A stretch of DNA of 58,362 bases, filler included, from Sphacelaria rigidula (lineage: Eukaryota), in assembly GCA_964200075.2 (NCBI GenBank). It is 5 parts of 5 records of this genome, joined end to end, with 100 filler letters (N's around TTAATTAATTAA, not from the genome) between each part and the next. Parts side by side here need not be neighbours in the genome. Positions count along the whole stretch, not along the records: positions 46,772 to 58,362 come from CAXNAA020004739.1; 4 more parts are not named here. The stretch is one strand, 5' to 3'. Positions within the stretch are counted from its first letter, which is position 1. Every line of letters starts with the position of its first letter. The position numbers and the translations under genes were made by a program. The notes below the pieces were generated by a model, which saw nothing but the letters and a program-made list of their open reading frames with translations, ran no database searches and was not told the DNA's origin. Shown piece by piece: positions 48,056 to 58,362 of this stretch.

Positions 48056-49400
48056 TGATCGATGGTGACGATGATGATTGTCGCACACGAGCCGATCCCC
48101 GGAGGACCCAGCCATGGTCACAAGATAAATCGTTTAGAACGGCACAAAAATTATGAAGGCAGCTATAAACAAGGAGGCGCGTCTAAGCGATGAATATCAC
48201 CAGCAGAGCAAAACCGGCCAACAGACCGCCGCCTGTCTCAACAGTCGTGGTTCAACAAGCGTGTCATGCCTTCTTGATCGACAACATGAAAATACAGATT
48301 TGTCCGCAGTCGCGGTCCGCAAGCACAGGACTGCATGCGTTTGCCAGGTCATCATGCCCTACGTCCTTGAGGCTGGGGTAGGGGCGGTCCGCAAGCACTG
48401 CGAATGTACCGTGCTGCCGGCACGCACTGCAAAATCTGCCGAGGCATTGACGCCTCATCTTCAACGACCACAACAGGAAACCACGCTCTGCGATGCAGAC
48501 CGAAACATACTCAGGTTACCTTGGACTCATGCATGCCGGTGCATAAAACCGAAACAACTAGGTAATCATGATTTATCATATCTGGTGTATCCAACCAATC
48601 GCCCTGTTCATTGGCAGAGAATACTGTCGACCGCCACAAATCGGGCGATACCGTGCATGTGTGCAGGACTACTTCGAACGTCCCACCAGCCAATGAAGCA
48701 TCGACGGGCGTACCGTGAATATTGCAGTATGCCAACGAAACTTGTGCATGTACCATGCGGTATATCAATGCGTACTCACAGCGTGTCGTGTCATCGGCTA
48801 CGGATACTTTCACAAGGCATAGCTCACTGCGCGCAGGGCAATGCTGACACCATACCTCTCTCTGATCCCGAAACTCTCAAAGATTTCGGACATTTCTGGG
48901 GGGGGGGGGGGATGCATCGCACATGATAGATGGGATTATATCCGTGGCATTGTTCCGTGAAGACAGGGCCATCACATCTACACAGGATTTCCGATAACTT
49001 GACTACGCCGCAGCGCACCGCCACGGCAATTCCTATCCGAGTGAATCCGAGAAAATAAAAAATAAAAACAAAAGAGACCTCGCCAACACATGCAACGAAC
49101 GACACAATTTCATTAATCAACTCCCTCAAATCAGATAGGAGGTACAGCACACATGAACAACACCGGGAGTACGAATCTCAACGATGCCTTTCCCGTAAAC
49201 AATGCCGAGAGCGCAAACAAAATCGGCATGTCTCACAGTACGGGAGAAAATCATCTACGACACACTCAAGGTGAGCCAGCCATGCACTCTTGTGCACTCT
49301 TGTAACACTCTCAAGGACTCGATGGACTTTTGTCGCGGCCCAAGGGTCAACCGGAATACTAACTACAATCGCCTCGTCTGTCGAGGTTTTGCCACCACAT

Positions 49401-52042
49401 TTACACGTCCTGCCGTTTTTTACTCTTCTTCTTCTTCTTCTTTCTCGAGTGCTCCTCGCGTTTAACGTTGGCCTCCGCCGTCGTCTCTCTCCGCTCCCCG
49501 TCCATTATTCCCACATCATCGCCACTGCCACTTTTTTCACTCCTCACCTTGTCATCGCGGTCACCACGCTGTGCGTCCTTTCGTGGAGAATGACCGCGGG
49601 TTTCACGCTCCTCCTTTTTCGACACATTGCTATTTCTACCAGTAGCAACATTTGCTTTACTTTTTTTGTCTTCCCTCACCTCCTGAGTAGATGTTGCCAT
49701 TTCCACCCCCTCACCGCCTCCAGTACTATCGTCATGTTTTGCTTTTTTCTCTCTTCCTGCTACTACTTCTCCTCGTGTGCTACAGACTTTGCTCGAAGAA
49801 GACAGTGACGATGACATCGACGACAATGACGATGTCGACGACGCTGGTGGTGCTGGAGTTGCTTCGTTCCGTGACCGTTTCTTGCTGTTCGAACGTGGGT
49901 TTTTGGTTCTCCGGACCTTCTCCGTAACCTTATTTTCCTTCTTGACACTATCGACCCCAAGCTCGCTCCTACCAGTATCTACAGCACCCTTCGTTTTTGT
50001 CTTGCCCTCATCCTCTGCCACTGCCGCCGGCCCAACTTTCCCCCCTACCCTACCCTTTCCCGCCACATGTTCGATCTTGTCTTCCCCTGCCTCGCCGCTG
50101 CTGCTATGACGGTCGGTAGCATCCTTTGCCGATATCGGTAATCCACCGGCAACCATTTCTTCTTTGTCCGGTCCCGGCGCACGGACAGCTACTACAGGGG
50201 ATGAAGCAGTGACTAGAAAGGACGTGTGATCAACCACAACCTTCGCGACCACGCACGCCTTAACGAAATCCTGTGACACGACCCCAGGAGTGGGGGTAGG
50301 GCGGGTTTAATGTTAGGCAGGAGAGGGAGAGGGGGGGGGTACAGTACAGATATGCGGAACATCGGTGGCCAGAAATAATAATTGGACGCATGCTTGGCTC
50401 TCTCTTACAAAGGAACAATATTAGACACATTGACCCGACGTGTTGTTGTTCATAACTCGGCAGGGAATAATGCTCCACGTCTTCCAGGAGAGAGGAGCCG
50501 TAGAACAATCCGAAACAGAAGTACCCGAAGCTACGAGGTATGTGTTCGCATCAAGGGGGTGCCGTTGTGCTGTGTTTGAATGCATGCCCAGAGTCGTCAA
50601 AGCGCCGTGATATTTATTCGTTGGCATCCCTTACCAACGAAACAAGAGGTATCCCATGCTTTGAAGCTTTTCGAGCCTTTTGCGTGTTTCGCTTGACAGC
50701 CCCCGGCGTGCACACCACGAAAGACACGCGCTTGTGGATGATGGCAGATATCTGGTATTTGAAAGCGAGGGGAGGGGGTGAAGAGTGGGGAAGAACGTCA
50801 ACGACAGCGTTGCCGCACGAGGGAGAGCAATTGCTGCGACCCACCTAGAACACGATTACATGCGCTGCGGCTAATTCCTGACCAATGAGTCTGGTGGTAA
50901 AAAAGGGCATTGGTTTCACCAACGCTGGGGCCAAAAGATGACTAGAGGGTAGGCAAGTCGGGGGTGGGGCCAGGGACGTTTCAGCACCAGTGGTGACCCA
51001 GGCTGTTTCTTCATACAAGCCCTCGTTTACAACAGTGCACTGCACCCCATCGGAGATCGCGGGGTTCGGGGTAGCATGCGATTGGTGTCTTACTATACAA
51101 TAGCGGTAACACGATTCGTAAACCGCGCCATTACCGTAGTATTCTACCGCATTGCGTCGCATGAGCACCTGGCGTCTTCATCTTTTTTACATGCATGAAC
51201 TATACGAAATGTCCACGGGCCGGTTGGCGGGAACCACTTATTGGAAAAATGTTTGATCTGGACTCTCGCCTAAGCAACCGGAGAATCCTACTCTACATGG
51301 TATTGCTGTGGCCAGTTGGGAGAGGGGAGGATCGGCCTCCTGTCAGTGTACAGCATACGTCCGTAGCTGCTGTAGAAGAAGACTTGCGCCGCTGGTGCGT
51401 GGTTGTCTCGACATCCTCTCCAATAGAGTCAGCACAGCTCGCCCGAGAACCAGTAGCATGCATTCTTCAACTAGGAGACGACCTCCTCTTTCGAAGTTGT
51501 CCACAAAAATACGCAAGATAATACAGGAGTCTAGAAGAGAAGCTTCCACCAGACTCATCGTAGCTGTTTCTCACTTGCTTAGACTGCCAACGCAGTCACC
51601 CGCGCAGCTGCATAACACGATACTGCGCCGGAGAACCACCACTCACTGCTGTCTGTACATTTGTCCGTTGTACCCCTTTCAGAACTGATGAACATCCCCG
51701 TAAACACCGACGGCTTCATCGAGGCGTACTATATCAAGCGCACCAAAATTGATCTGAGAGAACTATTTCGCTCGCGTTGATTTGACACTGCATCTCTCGG
51801 GAGTACGGGCGTCTTGCCCCTTAAGCATGCCGACTCTGAACAACATTGCAGTCACGGACGGAGGGTGTTGCACATCGTCATCGATGCTATCCATACTTTC
51901 TGGCATTTGAATTTACGTTATTGCTGGTCACCTGTGCTCCATTGGCCTTGAGCGTGATCTCAAGTTCTTTGCGGGGAAGCTCTCCTGTGAGTCCGAATAC
52001 TCTGCCCTGAAAGCATCCTGAGCTGGATGAAGCTGCTACCAT
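49401..52042 (-). CDS. BRCT-domain protein (~365 aa): N-terminal single BRCT + long Lys/Ser/Glu-rich disordered tail with basic NLS-like end
   Basis: Exons 52042-51932, 50751-50635, 50270-49401 (all phase 0, GT-AG). BRCT: CFQGRVFGLTGELPRKELEITLKANGAQ|ISAIIHKRVSFVVCT...KARKASKHGIPLVSL|DFVKACV. C-terminus RKKKKKKSKKRQDV*. Confidence 0.87.
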
Positions 52043-52192
52043 TGCTTGGTTGTACAAACGAAAGTCTAATAGGCACATGGGTCGACACCGGGTAGCGGGT
52101 CTGAATTAAATAAAGTAAATGTTCAGTGCAAGAAAGAGAATATGTAGATTGTGACGGTACGCACGTTTGCCTGATTCAAACATTGCCCTACA
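52043..52192. promoter_or_regulatory. Putative bidirectional promoter between divergent BRCT and plastid-protein genes
   Basis: Only 150 bp separate the two inferred ATGs (52042 on -, 52193 on +); AT-rich core GAATTAAATAAAGTAAAT. Confidence 0.5.
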
Positions 52193-52449
52193 ATGGCTCC
52201 CATTCCAGCGGCAGTCTCAACAACAGCATCACCAATAGTACTACTTGCATGCCTTCTGTTACTATCGCAGGCATGCGCATTTGTGGCGCCGTTCGGTCCA
52301 TCAATAATGAGAACTATTGACCGCGGTGTATCCTTTGTCGTTGCACAAAACGGGGGACTGCAACATGCACACGGTGGCGGTTCTCGGCCGGGTGCACACA
52401 TGACGATGTCTGCTGGTGCAAGCAGCGGAGATGGTCCCAACGTGCTGTG
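52193..52449 (+). CDS. First exon of a nucleus-encoded plastid-targeted protein (bipartite signal + transit peptide); product unknown
   Basis: MAPIPAAVSTTASPIVLLACLLLLSQACA-FVAPF: hydrophobic signal peptide plus ASAFAP-type cleavage motif, then a Ser/Gly/Arg-rich transit-like region ending MTMSA. Strong donor TG|GTGAGA at 52449/52450. Confidence 0.75.
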
Positions 52450-52542
52450 GTGAGATGTTTAATAAACCCGTGAGAGTCTTGAAGGGGCATTAGAAGCAGC
52501 TGTTGATTCATTAGACATATATCGGAACGGTTTTTGATGTAA

Positions 52543-52543
<1 letters not shown>

Positions 52544-52583
<40 letters not shown>
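52544..52583. repeat. (CAA)n microsatellite
   Basis: About 13 uninterrupted AAC/CAA units in the first intron. Confidence 0.95.
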
Positions 52584-52584
<1 letters not shown>

Positions 52585-54055
52585 AGTGATTTCCGGGATG
52601 TGTCGTCTCTACAATATTACCATAACTAACTGTCATTAGTGGTATCATGCTCTTAGCCCTTCGAGCACCTGTCTACTCACTTCCCCTTCGAGCGCGCGCC
52701 GAGGACACGTTATTCTGGCAGTCATTTCAAGGGGCAGCAATGCGACAAATGGACAAACCTGAGCTCCCAAAAAGTTGGTAAAAATGATGTGGTGAATCAT
52801 GACGCCCTCACCCCCCACTCCCGCTGACGGGGGGCAAGTAATTTCCCCAAGATTACTGATACGTATATACATCCTTTCCATATCCAAGTGTTGAATATCA
52901 TCGACACTCTTGTATCCTAGCTGTCAAGACTATATTTTCTGGCAACCAATCTCGATTTGTACAAACACGAGGATTTCAGTCCGTCTACAGGCGACTTTCT
53001 CCCGTGGATTGATGTTGTCGGACCCCAATCCGTTGGGCAATGGTCTGGGCAATGTACAAAAAGGGTACACGCTGTTACTTTTGGGACAGAAAAGGGTAAC
53101 GCATTTTTCGCTTTGGGGCGCGGCGCTGCACGCGGGCTCAACACCTCGTAAACATGTTCCAGCGCCTCAGCCCCACGCCCAAGGTGTCTGGGCAGCATAC
53201 CCGTCTATTTTTTTCCCTTTTCACAAGTGTTACTAGGCTGAACTACGCCGCCGAAAATGAGAGCCTGTGAGAGAACCCTTCTTTGTAAGCAAAACAGGAG
53301 GGTACACCCTGCCCTCTGCTAAAAAGTTATATTTTACCCATTTTTGTTTTACTGTTGACCCCTTTTTGTGACGTGGTGATCCTTGTTGTGAAGTGGTGAC
53401 CATACCGCCGTCTCGGCATAAAATACGCCAAGGAGTCACAACCGTAGCCATTTCGGTAAAATCACATCCCACCAAAAAAGGCCGAAACCCAACGACCAGT
53501 ATAGTGTAACACCCCTGCTGGTTGGCCCGAAGACCAGGAAGATCCAGCGATGCGTACAGGTTGCTTGTATGCCGTAGCTCGCAAAGATCCAACGAACACG
53601 GGCTGGAATTTTGCCTGAGCGGTGCAGTATACCCGCCCTCTGCTATGGGTTGCTCCTCCCAGCGGAGCACGGGGTCTGACCCGGAGGGTTGGGCGTTGTA
53701 TACCGGCACTGGTTGTGTGTCTTTACCCAACCATGTTCGGTATCGCGCACATGATGGATCTGGGCAACACCTTATTCTTTTTACGGAGGACGGGAACAGC
53801 CAACAGGCCATGAAGTTTTGGTGTTTCCCACAGTCAGTGTAAACAGCACTGCGTGCCGACTCACGCGAACACAATGATACAGCAGCTCAGGCAAAATTCC
53901 AGCGGAGGCCAATACTCCAGCTTCTTCTTGAGGTCTAAACAAACGACAAAACAGATAGTGATAGCTACAGCACATATGAGAGGGCGTGAGGGTGTTTGTT
54001 CTGCAGTACAGTGAAGCAGGACATGTCCCATGTTTTTTTCTTCACCTGTTTTTAA

Positions 54056-54583
54056 CCCTTAGACAGCGAGAGTAGGTCATCTGTTGAATTTGCATCAATT
54101 TCACTTGAAAAAAAGTATGCATGATCCAGATGACTACCCTCCTCGCGGTCTAAGGGGGGGGGGAGGGGGGCGTACTCTTGTTGCTTGCCTTAGTCGTGTG
54201 ACCATTGACCGCGCATCCCTTTCGAGATGGAGCACCATTCCTACTCCTAATAGAGTCACATTTCGCGGTCTAAGGGGAGGGTAAACAGGTCCTCGATATT
54301 GGCTGCTCAGCTTCGCCCCAATAATCTAACCCTTTGACCGCGAGCGTAGGTCATCCGTCGAATTGGCATCGATTTTTTTCGAAAAAGTACTCCTTCACCA
54401 GAGAACCTACCCTCCCGGTCTAAAGGCCAATTCACCGCAAAATCGTCCTCATGTTTGGGTCCTTTGCCTAATGGGATTCGTAACAGGAGTCATTCTCACG
54501 CATTGGTTGTAAACAGTGGTTGATAGAGGGTTCTCGGGTTTTGATGCCGATTCGGCAGATAACCTACTCTCACTGTCTAAGGG
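54056..54583. mobile_element. piggyBac-like MITE (TTAA|CCC...GGG|TTAG), ~40-bp TIRs
   Basis: Left CCCTTAGACAGCGAGAGTAGGTCATCTG; reverse complement of right CCCTTAGACAGTGAGAGTAGGTTATCTG. An extra TIR-like copy lies internally at ~54330. Confidence 0.8.
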
Positions 54584-54653
54584 TTAGCTCCAAAATTAAT
54601 TAAAAACCATTGTTTGTCACCAATGCCGTGGGCTCTACTGCAGCTTTTAGAGG

Positions 54654-55024
54654 TTGTGTTCTGTAGGGTATGGGATTCCCTACAGAACTTACAAAACTAT
54701 CGGGTACCGATATGAAAGTATTACAGAAATCACACAACTGTTGGGTGAGGGTACGGTGAGCGTACAAAATTCGCATAAACTGTCATGCAGGGTATGGAGA
54801 CTGCACAGGAAACCGCACCCGCAACCGGGTACCTTATCAAGTGCATACCCGTGCCCCCGGTAACGGTACGGGGGACTTACAGAACTCACAGAACTATCGG
54901 GTAAGGGTATGAAAGTCTTGCAGAGTCTACAGAACTGTCGGGTACCGGTATGAAAATATCTGGTACGGTAAACACCAGGGAAAATACCCCGGGTATACAG
55001 AAAACCTCACCCTACAGCACACAA
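54654..55024. mobile_element. MITE with TIR TTGTGTTCTGTAGGGT and internal ACAGAACT...CGGGTA subrepeats
   Basis: TTGTGTTCTGTAGGGT ... ACCCTACAGCACACAA; repeated CAGAACT(A/G)TCGGGTA units. TSD not clear. Confidence 0.7.
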
Positions 55025-55455
55025 AATTGCAAAATTTCGTCAAGCCACCTTCGAAGCAAAAAAAGGTCGCGATGGTCGGGGAGCTCTTCCCGTTTTTTTG
55101 TCATTTACTCGCACATTATATAGGTCCTTCCCTCATTCACTCGAGTTTATTTTGGGTCACCATCCTATAGTAAAACGTGGTAATTACACTAACACAGAGT
55201 GCTCGGGGGAAATACCGGAAAATCGCACCCTAATATGTGTGATCATTTTCACAAGACAACTGAATCTAGCAACGCCATGGAACGAGAGACGGAGCTACAG
55301 GCATGAGTTCTGCGTATCCCTCTGTTGAGGCGGTGCAGCATGCAGTAAAGTGGTTTGAAATCGACGGGAACGTGTAGGGGGGTATGCAGCGGCAACTGCT
55401 GCTGCAGTCGGAGAGGCGTACTGTACTGTACGTGCGGCGCGACGCCCATGCCCTT

Positions 55456-57067
55456 CGAAGAGAATTTGCCGCTTGCAACGAAGAGGGGAATCGCGGCCCA
55501 CCCCGACCACAAAGGGCTGTGTGGCAAGGTGATGGGGACAAAAGTATCATCCAACGCCACAAGAGGCGGGCGACCCGCCGGTCGCGCATACTGTTGGAAG
55601 CTCTCTACCGCGACCCATACTGCTTGCTACATCAGATGTACACTACCTAATGCGCACAGCACCCGAATTACAGTTTGTACCTGCACCTGAAAATAGATTG
55701 GATAAAGCTTTCGATCTTCCTCCTTACACCATCTTCTATGGCAACGAATCGATTCTTTCAAGATGCCGATTTCTTCAAAAATCGGGGGAATTTAAATTCG
55801 CGAACTCCAAATCGGGGGGACCGTTTTATGGTACAGACAGTATCATACATTTGTGAAACAGTTCTGTACACATACGGTCATTTTCTGCGTGAGGGCGGTA
55901 CTGCGTACTCGTGCATGCAGCCGAAGAGCAGGCGGGCGGTGAATAATCCTTGGAGTACGAGTACAGTGTCGTACCTAGGTACCCCAGGGTAATACAGTGC
56001 AGGACACTCCATCGTACAGTACATGATCATGCCGTGTGGTACAACAGTGCATGATGGCACTATTGGCATTGCGGGAACATGCAGTAAAGTAACAGTTCGC
56101 GAGCAGAGTTCAGTAGTGTAGTGCCATACATCACCCTGCAAGTACAGCGACAACAGACGAGGAGAGTACAGTACCGTTCGTTATAGTGATCCGTTGCATC
56201 GCAGTGCAGCATAAAATATTACAAGGGCAGGTCGAGTAGAGTATACTCAATACTCGGCATTCTCGAAAAGTTATACATTTAGTACTCAAACTTTGAGTGT
56301 AATATCTGAGTTCGTACTCAATCTACCCAAAATTGAGTAGAGTATCTGATATTATACTCAATCTACCCAAAAATCGAGTAGAGTATCGACGTCATATCCG
56401 AGTGATACTATATATCCCCAAGTATTGCTGAGAGTGCTTGCCCAAAAATTGAGTAAAGTATTTGAGGTCGCACTCAATGTACCCAAAACTCGAGGAGAGG
56501 ATTTGAGGCCGTACTTAATTTACCCAAAAATTGAGTAGAGCAAGTAGTTGGGTATTTTACTGAGTATTCAAAAGTGCATACTCTACTCGACCTGCCCTTG
56601 AAATATTACCATCGCCACAGGGTACGGCGGCAGCACTTGTCATCCGATTGGCAAACCCCGTGCGAAGCTGCTTCAGCAGCTGGCGCAGGCAGGCAGGCCC
56701 TGCGCTGTCACGGGACTGTCTTGTGCTACGGTTGCGAAAGTATCAAACGCCTCGCACCCAACCGTTGTACGTCAATGCACGTACGTCACCTCAAAAAAAT
56801 CGGGGGGAGTCACGATATTGGAACGGTTTCCCCCCATTGTGACACCGCGATCTAGTCCAAATCAGGGTCCATTAAATGCGTTCCCTGATCTTTTTCCCCC
56901 CGCTGCCCAAAAATTCGAGACTGGTGACTTGTATGTAATATGGTCCAGGTTTGCTTTTACGTACGTGGATTTTCAGCAACATGGAGCCACTGTTTCGTGC
57001 AGATGCCAGACACGCCATTCCTGACCGTCCTCATTGCTCGTGCTAGAGGCCCAGTCCCAAAAGGGTC
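55456..57067 (+). mobile_element. piggyBac-like element end (copy 1), interrupted by ~1.2 kb of nested sequence
   Basis: 55456-55720 plus 56955-57067 together match, in reverse complement, the contiguous 57890-58250 copy. Terminus ...GTCCCAAAAGGG|TCAA. Confidence 0.6.
56222..56600. mobile_element. hAT-like MITE with perfect 23-bp TIRs and 8-bp TSD
   Basis: AAATATTA|CAAGGGCAGGTCGAGTAGAGTAT ... ATACTCTACTCGACCTGCCCTTG|AAATATTA; internal TACTCAAT.TACCCAAAAATTGAGTAGAG subrepeats. Confidence 0.92.
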
Positions 57068-57889
57068 AATACTACTGTCGAGCTCAGAAATGGCACCAGT
57101 TATATGAAAAACTTGGATGATTTCAAACCATTTTTTACCGTTACCGGCTACATATGCTACATACAATACGCTAGAGCTCAATGTATCTTGGTCTGGCGTC
57201 GCTGCTAGCTTTTTTGTCGAATGGTGCGTTACATTGCTCTTCCCTGTGTCTTTTTTTTTGTGTCTATTTTTTTGTGTGTCTTTTTTTTGTCCCATGACCA
57301 CGGCTGAGTGCGCAGCGAATCAGTGGGAAAATGTAGGAAAATCAATGAATCAATGAACTGTGTGCATCTTGTATATCTGCGCTTGTGTACCGTGTCACCG
57401 TCTTCCGACACCAACTCAGCACTCCCTAACTAGCCGCCTTCTTGCTGAAAAATGTTCCCGCGGCCGACTTCAGGCGGTGCACAGCACACCTATGGTGCTC
57501 TGGCACGTTGCCTGTCTCAAGCTCGCGGCCAGCCTTGACCACCGATGGGTCGTACTTCAGTTTTATTTTGCTTCGATAAAAAATTCGAAACACCAGAAGA
57601 CTGGTCTATTGTTTTTCGATAAAAGTTTTAAATGGGCTACTCTTTTCAATTCCAAGCCAAGTAAGTGCGCAATGGTTTTTGCCCTTGGAAATTGTCCCAA
57701 ATTTCACGTATTTTTTAGCTCTGGTGAAGTCAAACCGCATAAAAACGTGCCTCCGGGACCACGCCTCCAGCAAGGCCCTCTAGGGGCGCCTCCGGCGGGG
57801 CCTACTCTACCAGAGAGGGCTTTTCGGCTCGCGGCTGCGCCGCTTGCTGACCAAAGCATCATCTATATTCAACTGGTTAACCCTTTAAC

Positions 57890-58275
57890 CCTTTTGGGAC
57901 CGGGCCTCCAGAACGACCAATGAGGCTGGTCAGGAATGATGTGTCTGGCGTCTGCACGAAACAGTGGCGTGTTGCTGAAAATTCGCGTATGTAACCACAG
58001 GGTTATGACTAAGACCGAAAGTTCCTATCTATTTTCAGGTGCAGGGTGCGCACTAGGTGGTGTACATCTGATGTAGCAAGCAGTATGGGTCGTGGTAAAA
58101 AGCTTCCAACAGGATGCGGCGACAGGCGGGCCGCCCGCCACTTGTGGCGTTGGATAATACTTTGTCCCTATCACCTTGCCACACGGCCCTTTGTGGTCGG
58201 GGTGGGCCGCCATTTCCCCCCTTGTTGCATGCGGCAATTTCTCTTCCAACGGTATTAGCGTTGCAGCGCGCATGC
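57890..58275 (-). mobile_element. piggyBac-like element end (copy 2, inverted relative to copy 1)
   Basis: TTAA|CCCTTTTGGGACCGGGCCTC terminus; 58022-58250 is the reverse complement of 55456-55700. Confidence 0.65.
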
Positions 58276-58362
58276 GACACTTTCTACGATAGCCCCCCCC
58301 CCCAAAAAAAAAAGTGCATGGTTTTGGGAGGCAAAATCTCCACGTAAATCGAGATGGGAAAA
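58276..58362. mobile_element. MITE family B copy (partial, runs off the window)
   Basis: GACACTTTCTACGATAGCCCCCC...GGTTTTGGGAGGCAAAATCT matches the starts of the 41378 and 37712 copies. Confidence 0.85.

Noticed and set aside
48153-48926. 257-aa plus-strand ORF
   Set aside because: No domain; Cys/His/Arg-rich composition typical of non-coding frames; likely 3' UTR or intergenic.
53522-53842. EGWALY motif suggesting a DUF885 metallopeptidase
   Set aside because: Isolated hexapeptide with no upstream HExxxGH motif or supporting context.
56240-56580. Regularly recurring ~28-bp motif (TACTCAAT.TACCCAAAAATTGAGTAGAG) resembling a CRISPR array
   Set aside because: The units are degenerate, the intervening bits are short, and the block is enclosed by perfect TIRs and an 8-bp TSD. 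These are MITE subrepeats; there are no cas genes and the context is eukaryotic.
56622-56689. Possible downstream exon of the plastid-targeted gene
   Set aside because: It lies inside the inferred nested TE insertion and does not join convincingly to exon 1.

Overview
Eukaryotic, intron-rich and transposon-dense genomic DNA, most consistent with a brown alga (Phaeophyceae, stramenopile). The inference rests on roughly 0.3-2.5 kb introns, a WSC-domain gene, an ASAFAP-type bipartite plastid presequence and a flagellar DM10 gene. The window is a scaffold with four artificial 100-bp gaps (N-runs around TTAATTAATTAA). The first ~25 kb is mostly degraded mobile DNA: an RTE-type LINE, a foldback element, a Ty3/Gypsy pol whose integrase ends in a chromo-like plus a PTM/DIR17-type Tudor-like domain, and a Helitron Rep/Pif1 pseudogene split by a 1,385-bp TG...CA insertion with a GCAG target-site duplication. 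From 26 to 52.5 kb I reconstructed, by hand and with consistent splice phases, a WSC+CAP(SCP/PR-1) fusion gene (-), an EFHC/Rib72-family DM10 gene (-, one inferred GC-AG intron, 3' end probably in a gap) and a BRCT + Lys-rich protein gene (-). The first exon of a plastid-targeted protein (+) starts 150 bp head-to-head with the BRCT gene. Introns and the last 4 kb hold many nested MITEs (hAT-like, piggyBac-like, a 4-bp-TSD family, a ~440-bp palindrome). I see no prokaryote-type system, CRISPR array, rRNA or tRNA. The most novel-looking items are the chromo+Tudor integrase, the WSC-CAP fusion and the intronic palindrome. All domain calls are by motif recognition, with no database searches.
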